Assembly (NCBI GenBank): GCA_040954595.2 | Contig: CM082587.2 | Coordinates: 10,607,403 to 10,671,402, forward strand | Reading direction: 5' to 3' | Length of the DNA: 64,000 nt | DNA from: Balanoglossus misakiensis | Lineage: Eukaryota > Animalia > Hemichordata | Shown: positions 26,101 through 36,520 of the stretch, in pieces | Layout: every line of letters starts with the position of its first letter | Numbering within the stretch: the stretch's first letter is position 1 | Notes under the pieces: generated by a model | Seen by the model: the letters and a program-made list of their open reading frames with translations, nothing else | Database searches by the model: none | What the model was told of the DNA's origin: nothing | Position numbers and translations under genes: made by a program

Positions 26101-29100
26101 GAGTAATATCTGATTGTACAAATCAGAATGAATCATCGGATATTGTGTAGCCCGGAGACACAGGCGTCGATCTAGAATACAACGCCCGGGGACTGTCGAG
26201 AAATTTCCTGCTGAGCTGAAAGATAGTAGCCCTGGCAATGATCAGGGTCGCTTAGTAACGAATGGATAACGATTGATCTATCAAATGTTGACGGGCGCCA
26301 GTGGTTGGATGATATAATTAACAAAGCTTGGTTATGAATATTCATACACCTTCAAAACCACTCCCACACCCCCGTTGCGGGAATTTCACTCATGACTCCA
26401 CCTCTATTTCCTTATTTAGAATGCGATGATGTCATTTGGTTTACACATTGTTACATTTAAGTGACCAATTAGCTTACACACAAGATTTACCACCCGTGTC
26501 CTTCTGCGCACAGAATTTGGTGCGTAAATAGAGACTGTCCCCGGGCGTTCCTTTTCCCCTACTACGCCTGTGTCTCTGGGCTAGATATTGTGGGGAGGGT
26601 CACTTGATTTTGTTCACGGAGAAGGGGGAGGGTCAGCATTTTTTGTGCAAGAAATCGGTGGAGGGTCAGTATTTTTCATGCATGCGGATTTTGAATCGCA
26701 CCGGCCTTCCCCCCCCCCCTGTTAATTCTGACCAGGCCCTAAGACACACAACTTGCCACACGTAGCATGGTGGTACTACGTGATACCACACAGCGTTGCT
26801 TCCGCTCCCACTTGTCGCTTGCTCGACCACGTACTGTCGCCAAGCACGCACCGGCGCGGTGGTCGACACGTCGTGTGGGGCCGTTTTCTGAATAGAAATC
26901 ACGCTTGTTTGTCAAGGCATGCGCGGGACGTATTCGGCATGGTGCCGAATTCGGCACAACACCGGCGCATGATAATGATGATAGCATCGCTTTCGTTCGT
27001 TCGAATTGAAATGTACTTGGTCTTGTTGTGACCTTCAGTTATTTTTGGACCTAAACATTGGGCAAATGACTGTAGTTTCGTGAAAGGAATATGTCAACGA
27101 TAATATATGGTTCTGATCATTTTGTCAAACTTTACCATAGATGCAGTCTTTGATATCACCAATCCTCCAAGTGATGATCATGCCTACTGTAGAACTGATC
27201 TGAATGAAAATAGTTCTGGTGTGTCTGTTGCTACCCAAACAGATATTACAGGTAAAGTATAGTATTAATTGTCTTTAACACTCAAAGCTCATTTTTATAG
27301 ATGATTATTGATATTTTCTTTTAATTTGTTGTCAATATTTTTATATAAATTTGTCTGTTTTAAAAAAGGATATTTTATACAACCTTATTATCACTGTTGT
27401 TGTACAAATAAATGATCATATCCTCTTCAGGAAGTAAATTGTTGTACATGTACATTTTGCTTAAACATAGACAAGAGTTACAGCTAATGGAACTTAAAAT
27501 TAACAAATTTTTAATTTTTTGTTCAAGGGTCACATCTGCAGCAAGCCCAAGAAATCAATATATTTTTACAAAAAAGGGTAAATGAACTGGAGAATGTCTT
27601 GAGTGATAAAGATAAATTACGGCGCGATTTAACTGTGGATTGTTTGCTGAAAAGTGATAAAAGCTGCATGAAATACACAGGTAAGCTATGGAAATCATGT
27701 ATATGGTACATATTGGAAAAAAGCTTAGACTTGGCAATGACTTCACTGTTTTCCTCATTTTACAGTGAAGAGTGGTATATCTGCTGTCTGTATTTGTAGG
27801 GTTTTTTAGGGGCCCGTGCCTAAAGGGCCTATGGTCAATCTGGAAAACCACAGCAGCTACCGGGCTAAAGCTTGGAATAGTGATAGAGGCCAATGAGTTG
27901 TGTGCCATGAACTTGTGAATTTTTTATTTTGTCGTGAAATCTGATAATTAGATAATTTCTTATTACATACTGTAGGTATAAAATCAAGAAGCCAACTTAC
28001 TGATGTTTTTGATATTGCATCATCATCAACAAATATAAAATACTGGCAAGGAAAACCTAGTCTCAGGTAATATTTCCATTTTTTTTGTTATTTCTCAATC
28101 ATTTGTTACTTTGATTCTGTGTCAGAAAGAGATAGTGTTTGACCATATCATTGTGCATGTATCTAGCCAATGACATAATTTCCCTACGTGACTTTGCGAA
28201 AAGTTTATATATTATTTAGACACTCCTCTAACCATATATTGGCATATGTAAATTGTTTGCAGCCCTTTAAGATGATGGATAACTTGCTGGGCTCTATTCA
28301 TGCATGTTTTTCTGACCATTTGTCCATCAGAAACTCTTCGCTAGGATAGGGATGGTTTACCTTCATGAACTTTGTTTCACTCATCACTTGCTTTTATCCC
28401 AACATAATGATTTATTGCTGGCCAATTTTCAGGGAAGAGAACAATGGAGGAACCATACCCAGGAAACGAGGAAGACAGCGAAAACTCAATCCTTTTCAGG
28501 AGTTTATGTTGACACTCATGAGGCTACGGGTGGGATTGTCTTTGTTTATTTTAGCTGACATGTTTGGTACATCAACCACTCGAGTGTCCCAGGTGTTCAT
28601 AACATGGATTAATGTATTGTCGTCAGCTATGTCTCCTCTTCTGAAATGGCCATCCAGGAGACGTGTGTCGAAAAACTTGCCTCGTAGTTTTAAGTCAAAG
28701 TATAGAACAACCAGAGTAATCATTGATTGCACAGAATTTTATATACAAAAACCATCAATGCCCAAAGCACAATATATAACATACTCTAATTACAAATCAC
28801 CAAATACATGTAAAGCTCTTATAGGTATAACACCAGATGGGTTCATCAGTTTTGTTTCAAAGTTGTGGGGTGGGAATGCATCTGATCGACACATTACTAA
28901 GGAATGTGGTATAATTGATTTGCTTGAAAGGGGGGACTTGGTCATGGCTGATAGGGGTTTTTTGATAAGGGATTTATGTTTGAAAAGGCATGCAGATCTT
29001 GCAATTCCGCCGTTCACACGCAAATGTTCATGGGGAAAGGGTAAACATCTTAGTTTGAAAGAAATTGTGAAAACTCGTGATATTGCCAGATTGAGAATCC

Positions 29101-29244
29101 ATGTTGAGAGAGCCATTGAAAGAATAAAAAAATGTTCCCTTTTATCTCAAATCATACCATTGTCTCTTAAAACCTGTTACCAATCAGATGTTGATAGTTG
29201 CAGCAGCACTGTGCAATCTTTATGAACCACTTGTGAAGAATTAA
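17196..29244 (+). CDS. THAP + HTH + DDE_Tnp_4 transposase, ~550 aa, join(17196-17685, 27141-27251, 27528-27680, 27976-28066, 28433-29244); +1 frameshift at ~29169-29172
   Basis: THAP C2CH (CAVTGC..FHAFP..W..LCSRHF), linker DHAYC and KYTG, HTH (EFMLTLMRLRVGL..LADMFGTS), catalytic IIDCTE, MADRGF, HVERAI. All four introns are GT-AG and phase-compatible. Removing one A restores the tail KPVTNQMLIVAAALCNLYEPLVKN*. Confidence 0.88.
18105..20037. mobile_element. Three self-nested copies of a ~550-bp Crypton-like non-autonomous element (A 18105-20037, B 18355-19742, inverted C ~18791-19335)
   Basis: Each copy has a ~190-bp terminal hairpin centred on cgagcgaagcgagg and an end reading ..ccaatcag..gcatattataat. 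Junctions show short AT-rich microhomology rather than TSDs. A degenerate copy lies at ~46860-46990. Confidence 0.7.
19438..19734. mobile_element. AT-TSD MITE, copy 2
   Basis: Interrupts agcatATtataat, seen uninterrupted at ~20025, with duplication of AT. Confidence 0.75.
21398..22041. mobile_element. 644-bp foldback element with 9-bp TSD (Mutator-like)
   Basis: ~315-bp near-perfect inverted arms with a ~14-bp spacer at ~21713-21726; TSD cccatggcc at 21389-97 and 22042-50. Confidence 0.9.
24487..25740. repeat. ~213-bp tandem repeat x3 (second unit interrupted)
   Basis: acatcactttacttttggcacacctgtttatttatt starts at ~24492, ~24705 and ~25584. Confidence 0.8.
24769..25434 (-). mobile_element. 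Internally deleted Crypton-like element with a residual recombinase N-terminus
   Basis: Terminal ~185-bp hairpin centred on gccgcaggcgagg, other end ..ccaatc..gtataataat, cleanly inserted in the tandem repeat at aat. ORF start at 25185 (MASKRHTGLTAVQLDDILTQTGSKYTKVATNSAV) resembles CryptonV/DUF3504 N-termini. Confidence 0.65.
26148..26583. mobile_element. 436-bp MITE with TAG..CTA termini and 9-bp TSD (AcademH-like)
   Basis: gatattgtg|tagcccggagacacaggcgt ... acgcctgtgtctctgggcta|gatattgtg. Confidence 0.8.
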
Positions 29245-31962
29245 CATTCGCAATTCTGGTGCAACAAAATGACAGAAATGCAAATAAATATAATATATCA
29301 AGAAAATTATTGTTTTGCGCTTTTTCTTTTTTTTCATTTACAGCATAATTGTCCCCTAACATAAATTTTCTCATGGAAAAGATTGTATTGCTGTCTTTTT
29401 CCCCAGAAACCACTCAGAGAAATGAATGTTATAATTCATGTGGGGTAAAACTGTTATTTATTACCGGATTCAAAACACAACACTCAAAAATTTACAGTGG
29501 CAACAAATTTCTCTTTAAATGTTTGGAAACACCCAAGAAAGGAATATATCTGTCAATCTGGTGCTTAACAAATCCCAGAATTCTTTATCACGGTATATTC
29601 TCTCTACATGAACATATGGATGCTTTCCTAAATACAAAACAAAATCACAGTATTCCACCCTGGCTATTGCCATCTGCATTTGAATTTGGGTCAGCCATGG
29701 ACCAGATTCGAGATGAATATTTTTGTTTTGGTCCATGCTGACATTATTTTTCAGTTTCACGTATTCTTGTAAATCACACTCGGCACCAGTGCTTGGGCAT
29801 TTAATTTCTATTACCCCCCTCCCATGACACTGACATTCAACCATGCCATCTGGGCTTGCCCCAAAATGTGGTTGACCTGGGTCAACAAATAACCCTGTTT
29901 CCCTTATTTTAAAATTTTTATGCGTTTTTTCATTTTCTATAAAATATAAACTTCTAGCAACATTTTCTTTTTCTATGCCATATTCAGTGTGAAAATTTCC
30001 TGAGAAGTGATTACAATTAAGAATGGATTTAAGAATTGAATGATTGGATGATTGATTTTTAACATGAACAATTTTATAAGCTAAACTGGCGGTAATTCTC
30101 CCAACCCTCTGATTAACCCACCCTTGATTGGTTGCTTGACCCCTGGTGCTTTCCTCAATTAAATTACATAGATCCTGGGTATATTCTGACGCAAGTGATT
30201 CAATCCCCCCATTTAATTTATGTTTCCTGCAAATTTCTGTAAATGTTGGTAAATGAGCGTCATCACTTTCAGAGTCACTGTCTGACAAGTAGCGGCTGGC
30301 AAGTGAATCTCTTTCACACACACGTTTCCATCTGAAACAAAATATAAATATGTTGTCTGTGGTGTCGGGTCCATCAGTGAAGTACACAACAGGTTGACTC
30401 AAAGAACAACTTTAATGCATGCACAACACGAGTCAGCAAAACTACAGAAGCGAGGCTTGATCATCGCCGGGCATCATGGGAAATACAGGCCATGCAATGT
30501 AAACCATATGTGTAACAACTACTCATGCCAGGCTCATATGACTGGCGTGGTGCTACATGGTCCTAATTCTTACCTTTTTTCAAGGTCATCTGGCATTGTT
30601 GCAGGCTTGTACATGCTAACTGTTGGTTGTGTCAGTTGAGAGCTCCTCTTTTTTCTAACATCGATGTCGTCCAGGAGCTGTGGTACCACAGACTTTTTGG
30701 GGCGGTCCCATTGACACTGGACATCAGTCCCAACCACAGTGTTTCTGTCCTGGTGTCGCTCGCCAAACGACCATTAGCCAAACAACATGGCGGCAACATG
30801 TTTGCACGCCTGGTCATCCCTGTGACAAGAAATGCAGTTTTCATCAATGAATTGATTCAGCTAACTGTCTATAAAATGATATTGCCTGATAGTAAGTTTG
30901 AAAAAAAAATGATTACCGGGATGCATCATATTCGTACTTTGGTTATAAATGTGTGAAATTGTATTTAGTTGCTACTTACGCAGGGCATTCACAAGATGAC
31001 GACATGATATTTGCTTCCTCTAAAATCACCCATAACTTGTACAGAGCTTGTTGTTCAGTTTCTCTGACACACACTCCTCTTACATATATAAATCTGTCAT
31101 CGATCTTGTACATTTGTACCTAACACAAGTGAAGTTGTCAAGAAGGAAAAAAAAGTTGGTCAAATTATGATGCAATGCATATAAGAACTTGGATTAAAAC
31201 TGGGTCCAGCTCAGCGCTAGCAATGTGGGTTAACCCATATATAATGTGCTACATTATTCCTACACATCAATGATCATATGAAGCAAAGAATTCGTCAGGC
31301 TATCATCATTGCTTGATGTGTGCACAAGGGACTCAAAGCCAATGAGCCCACACAGGAGATTCACTACAACTATAGTGTACAAGCATTTACATGTAAAGCA
31401 AACTGTACTCAAACTATTTTTCTATATACATTCTGAGATTCAAGCAAAAATGGGAAAACAAGATACAAGTAGAAACTTACTTTATTGACATGGCCATCAT
31501 TATGTAGTTTCCATCCATCTGATAATTTGTAATTATTGATCATTGACTTAGACCACCCATTGGAAAATAAAAACATAATAACCCTTGGAAGTTCAACATC
31601 TGGTAAAAGGTTCAGATCATCTGTCCATTCCTTTACACTGTCAGGGTTAACCAGCAATCTCGCATCAGAGGTAGTTCTGTACATCCAAAATGAAAATACA
31701 GTCAGATAAAAATATCATGAGCTAATATTTATTGACCATCGTTTAATTGTAAGCTTCTTGTAAAACTGTGATGCATGCACACAAAGATTATGTAACTTTT
31801 GTGTGATATGCACGCAAAAAAAAAAAAAAAACATTGAAAGAAAACAGAACGGGCGAGGCTAGGACTCCGATCTGTAGGCGCTTTACATGCTGTAGCAGTA
31901 TCGTACAGTGATGTAGGCCTACGTACGTGCGGTAACCCGAACCACAAACTGGATTGGGCACG

Positions 31963-32109
31963 TGTCAGCTCTATAATTTATGCACGCAGAAACCATTAAT
32001 GTCAGCTCTATAATTTATGCACGCAGAAACCATTGATGTCAGCTCTGTAATTTATGCACGCAGAAACCATTGATGTCAGCTCTACAATTTATGCACGCAG
32101 AAACCATTT
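31963..32109. repeat. 37-bp minisatellite x4
   Basis: tgtcagctctataatttatgcacgcagaaaccatt(a/g)a head-to-tail, no spacers. Confidence 0.95.
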
Positions 32110-32259
32110 AGATGACAACAAGTAGGGCTTTTTGCTGATACATGTAACACAAAAATTCGCTACCTTGTATGTACTAATGCGTGGGGGGGGGGGACCAACA
32201 CTATCTCTTTCATGATGTTTATTTACTTCATTCGCTAGAGGGTGTGGGGCTAGCTAGAC

Positions 32260-33470
32260 CACGGGCGTCATGGAACAATAAAGTGTATGGATAATTTAGC
32301 ATAGGCCTAAACGAACACACAATAAATTATTTCGTGTTTTTTTTATGTGAACGAGAACTACACTCACGAACGGCCTAGCTACAGCTGGACTTGCAAAATA
32401 TGCGAGCGAACGCACTAGCGCCGGACTTGCAAAATATGCGACCGAACGCACTAGCGCCGCGTTCCGCGGAAGTGATGGAGCAATCTACAACCGCACGCGT
32501 CCGGCCCAGCGCGCGCGGCAGACGATCGTACGACTCCGTTGCTAGCCAGGACAGACGCGTTCGTATACAGTGTATGTACTGATGTAAGGAAGGGTATGCA
32601 ATCGCTCTCATCATGCTCATGGAGTCTGGCGACGTGCGTTACCAAAAAGGGGGGACAGGGGGGACACTTTGTTCTACGGAGCAGAGAGTGCCATCGAAGT
32701 GTAGTCAATAATTTTCATTTTTGCTTAGAATGTGTCTTGAAAAGTGTTGGATTAATCATGAATAAAAAACGGAAAACGTGAAAAATACAACAAATCCGTA
32801 TACAAAACCATTGCGAATCTGGTGACCGGAAGTGCCGTGTTCGATCGCCGGGTTTTATATCATGTGTATGAAACTATGCGTGAGCTCAGCTCAGCTCCTC
32901 CCAGTCATGGTGGACGTTGTTCATGTGCATCACTGTTATATTTGCTATGATTTTTTTTTCATGAAACAGTATGTCCTATGTATACCTTTCAGAGAGAAAT
33001 TTGCGACATCGCCCAAACGCCATTTTACGTCGGTAACGCACGTCCCCAGGACGAGTGACACTTTTCGATCGATAATATCTCGAATGTTCGACCGACTTTT
33101 GAAAATTGAAAAGCCAGACATTAGGTTTCTATCTAATCTAAACGCATACTCTGGTTTGGTAACGATCTTCTTCGTAATAGTTGCCAAATGGCGGTGGGCT
33201 GAAAATTCGTTTTATACCCTGTATATATGTGTACTCACGTAGAGCAGATCAGTTGCGGGCGCGCACGCATGCGTAGACATCGCCTATCCCCTATAGAGGT
33301 ACGCGTACAGTGTGGTTTTGCACATAAAGTTAACACTGACCCAGCTTTATTGCCGTTCTCGTCCACACCAAACAAACCCACGAAATATCGTATTCTTTGT
33401 TCGTTGAGGACGTCGCGTTTATGCTAAGTTTATTAATATCTATACACTTTATTGTCCCATGACGCCCGTG
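32260..33470. mobile_element. 1.2-kb P-element-like non-autonomous element (copy 2, intact, opposite orientation)
   Basis: gctagac|cacgggcgtcatgg ... ccatgacgcccgtg|gctagac, a 7-bp TSD with CA..TG termini. Confidence 0.88.
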
Positions 33471-35880
33471 GCTAGACAGGAAGCGAAAACTCGTTCAAGC
33501 GCAGTAACACTCAACGACTGTTCTCGTCCGTTCGATTTGCTGTGACCGTTTGACCAGCAGGAGCTCAGACAACAGTCATTACGCAGAGAAACCCCAAATG
33601 CATTTTATCAGTCCTAAACTAATAAAAAAATCTCACAAATAAGAATCAAAACTGACTGTATAATTTTCATTGCATAATCAGTGTCACAATAAAAAGTAAT
33701 TAGGGCCTAGACCTTCAATAAAAAGTGTCGAAGTGATCAAGGGAGGGAGGTGAAAATTTTGCCGCGGCCCTACTGTTCCGGGACCTGGTTTACACTAGGA
33801 AACTGGAATGGCAAAAACGATATTGTGGATACTGTAAAGGGAATATTTTCGTAATATTATCTGCACTTTCCTCCCCGAGACGTGTGAATAAAACGGAGTA
33901 ATCGGGCAACCTTGAGAAATCAACGCGTGTCATAGAAAATCGAATCGACGCGTCAGCGTTTGTCTTCGAACACACATAAGAACAAAGCATTGCGCCCCAG
34001 GGCGCGATTTTTTGTCAAACATCGATTAAAATGTGCTAGATTTTCGTCGTAAAACCTTCACTTAAGGGACATTTCAGTGAATTAAACCCCCAAATATAAA
34101 TTCTACAACTTCTTAAAATGATAAATTTGAAATCTTGTAAAAAAAAAATAATTTTTATTATAACTGGCCAAAGGCAAAAGTTGACGACAAATTTTAACAC
34201 ACAAAAAAGAAAAACTACAAACCTTCTCCTTTTCAAATCGCTCTCCCGACAAAATTCTTCTCTTTCAAGTGGTAGCCGTCTCTCAGATGCCGTCTTGCAC
34301 AGTTCTTCTAACTCGTGCTTCCTGTATTTGTACGCGTTTACCCCCGATCCCTCAAATATTTTTTCAATTCAGCGACCGACTTTTTGCCTGACGTCAACGC
34401 CATTGTTCGATATCTTACGCAATCGTTTGTCCTACCTTGCGGTCGGTCGCTCACTTCGGACATCGTATACCACTGATACGATGGACCAACTGTCTTGTCA
34501 TGATAAATCGTGTAAAGAACGCAGTAAACTGAATGCTACTTTATACAGTATACTATAGTATTTCGAGTCAATTTCCCGATCCAGTATGCCTCCATAGGTG
34601 CCCCAAATTGAGAAAGATCGCGCGTTTTTCCGACGTTTAATGTGCATCACATTCACAACGATATTTTTGAAATCTAGGCTATATTTACCCAGGTCGATTT
34701 TCATGAAGTAATTTCACATCTGCACGTCGTATGTTACAGTAAATAAGACGTTAGCATAGTGCGAACGTCGAAAGAAGAGTGCATGCGTTGGAATGCGGAA
34801 CTACGTGACTATCTGTCACTCTCTCTTGCACTAACTGTGAAATTTCCGCAAATAATGGTTTTTAAATTCTTTAGACACAACGAAATAACATTTCCGTGTA
34901 GTAATTTTAAGAACTGGAGGCTGTATTTTGCATGAAATAGTGCGAACGCGCAGACTACGAATGCACATGTGATCTGCCTCCCCTGGGATCCATCACAGCT
35001 CTGCTCACATGGTAGGAAGGCAGGTTCTCTCTGACGCGCGCACATACTATCTGACCTTGCGCGGTTGCTAAGGCCATTGCGCATGCTCAGATATGAACTC
35101 TCGCGAGAGTTCTACTATTCGGGAATCAGGAATTGGGATAGGCATGAAGAACATTTCTACTACAAAAACTGGACAGGGCGGGGGGGATTGGGGGGGGGGG
35201 CTTTTCAGTTTAGTCACGGTCCTTGGTTTTGGCCTTCGGCTTCACTAGAAAAGCCAAAAACCACAATGCCAAAGGCTAACTCGTCGAAGCACCTGGTACG
35301 TCTATGGCAGAAGTCAGTATTTACATGTTCTGACTCGGTACACGCGATGCAGTTGCCAAGAGATTCCCAGAGGAATACCATGATGATGAACGGCTCGGGC
35401 GTCTTCGTGTGCACGAAGACACGAGTTTGGCTTCATTGACCCTGTCTCATTCTTTGCTTTTCATACGCATAAGGACATTTCCTATATTTTCTACCCATTT
35501 AATAGTTGTGTGTTTTTCCAGCTGATGAAAAGTCGACCTAAGCTTTTGTTTTATCACTTACTGTGGTTTTATAGGGATGTTGTGATTGAAAAAGTGGCAC
35601 ATTCGGGTTGTTACCTTATACTTAATAATTTCGCCATTTCTATTGGAGCAGGCTACACCGAACTTGAACCAATTTGCAGCCGTGATGGTCGGACCAATGT
35701 CCGACAAAGTTTAGGCACGTCAAGCTTATGCCTTCCTGGGTCGCCCGACAAGAATGAACTTCTATTTTAACGATAGGGCCTATTCCAATCGATACCCGCC
35801 GTATCAGTCACGCAATAATGAACACGAAATCCAGATACCCAAAAATGATGTTTCACTAGACACGGGAGGAGTGCTGTTTA

Positions 35881-36520
35881 GGGACCGTTCAGGTTTTACG
35901 GCCGGGGGCCAGCAAAATCCGGGGGGGGGGTCACTTACATTTTGAAGTCCAAAAGGGTGGTCATCTGTTTTTTTTTAAACGTTTAGGGGGGTGTCACATA
36001 CTTTTGCCACCGAACATTTGCTTTTGAGTCCACAAAATTGCAGTTTCGCGCCCTTTATTTTACAATTTTTTTTAATGTGGGAGAGGGACACCCTCTCCCA
36101 CGCGCACCCCCTTCATTCTCCGCCACATTTCATTTTGGGCTGGTTTGTCTAGTATACCAGAGCAGACTTCTTGCCACCCCAAACCAACCGATGATAATAT
36201 TTAACAAAGTAAATACATAAAGGAGAAAAATAGTTTAAACCATTTCACATAACTGATAGTTTCGCGCCGCATCTTCTATATACTAGAAGTTTTATAAATG
36301 ATGTCATCACGAAGATGACGCCAAATCTTCTAACTTTGAGTGGAGTGGCACAAAGTAAATTGGTCCTCCCAAACATTGAGATAATATGCTTTTGAGTTCA
36401 TTAAAATGCAACTTCATCATTTTTTGCTCCTGGGTGAAGGGGGGGGGGTCAGCCTGATTTTGAAAACCGATGACACAAACTTGCCGCCCCCCCCCCCGGC
36501 CGTAAAAACTGAACGGTCCC
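35881..36520. mobile_element. Harbinger-type MITE
   Basis: tta|gggaccgttcaggttttacggccggggg ... cccccggccgtaaaaactgaacggtccc|taa; the interior shares sequence with 61031-61809. Confidence 0.7.

Larger units (their letters stand above)
22321..26739. mobile_element. 4.4-kb non-coding Harbinger-type element
   Basis: TAA|gggcctggtcagaattaacaggggggg ... ccccccctgttaattctgaccaggccc|TAA. Confidence 0.85.
18050..26966. mobile_element. Unclassified ~0.7-kb TIR element expanded to 8.9 kb by nested insertions
   Basis: ~60-bp TIR gccggtgttgtgccgaattcgg(t/c)accatgccgaatacgtccc..gcatgccttgacaaacaa; the left copy is split by an insertion at 18085. Flanked by GCAT on both sides. Confidence 0.8.
29515..34403 (-). 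pseudogene. SAP-like + SWIM zinc finger + YqaJ/lambda-exonuclease protein, complement join(34223-34403, 31481-31676, 30980-31119, 30574-30819, 29515-30331)
   Basis: Motifs TRGQ..W...RVGRITAS, YGIEKE, GASPDG, IEIKCP, QIQMQM, YCDFV. SWIM CECPADDQACKH spans an exon junction; N-terminus SVAELKKYLRDRG..K.EL. Splice phases are compatible. Lesions: -1 frameshift in the G run at ~34341-34345 and in-frame TAA at 30774-30776. Confidence 0.85.
17051..35131 (+). mobile_element. Full-length ISL2EU-type (PIF/Harbinger-related) DNA transposon, 18.1 kb including nested insertions (~7.9 kb core)
   Basis: TIRs tcctgattcccgaata.. / ..tattcgggaatcagga, each flanked by AT (17049-50, 35132-33; AATT is an alternative reading). 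They enclose a THAP-DDE transposase and a convergent YqaJ gene, the known ISL2EU gene pair. Confidence 0.9.

Noticed and set aside
29515-30402. Phage or viral recombinase insertion, or bacterial contamination
   Set aside because: The gene has four spliceosomal introns and sits within eukaryotic transposon TIRs; no other viral genes are visible.
31963-32109. CRISPR-like 37-bp repeats
   Set aside because: Units abut without spacers, there are no cas genes, and the context is a eukaryotic intron.
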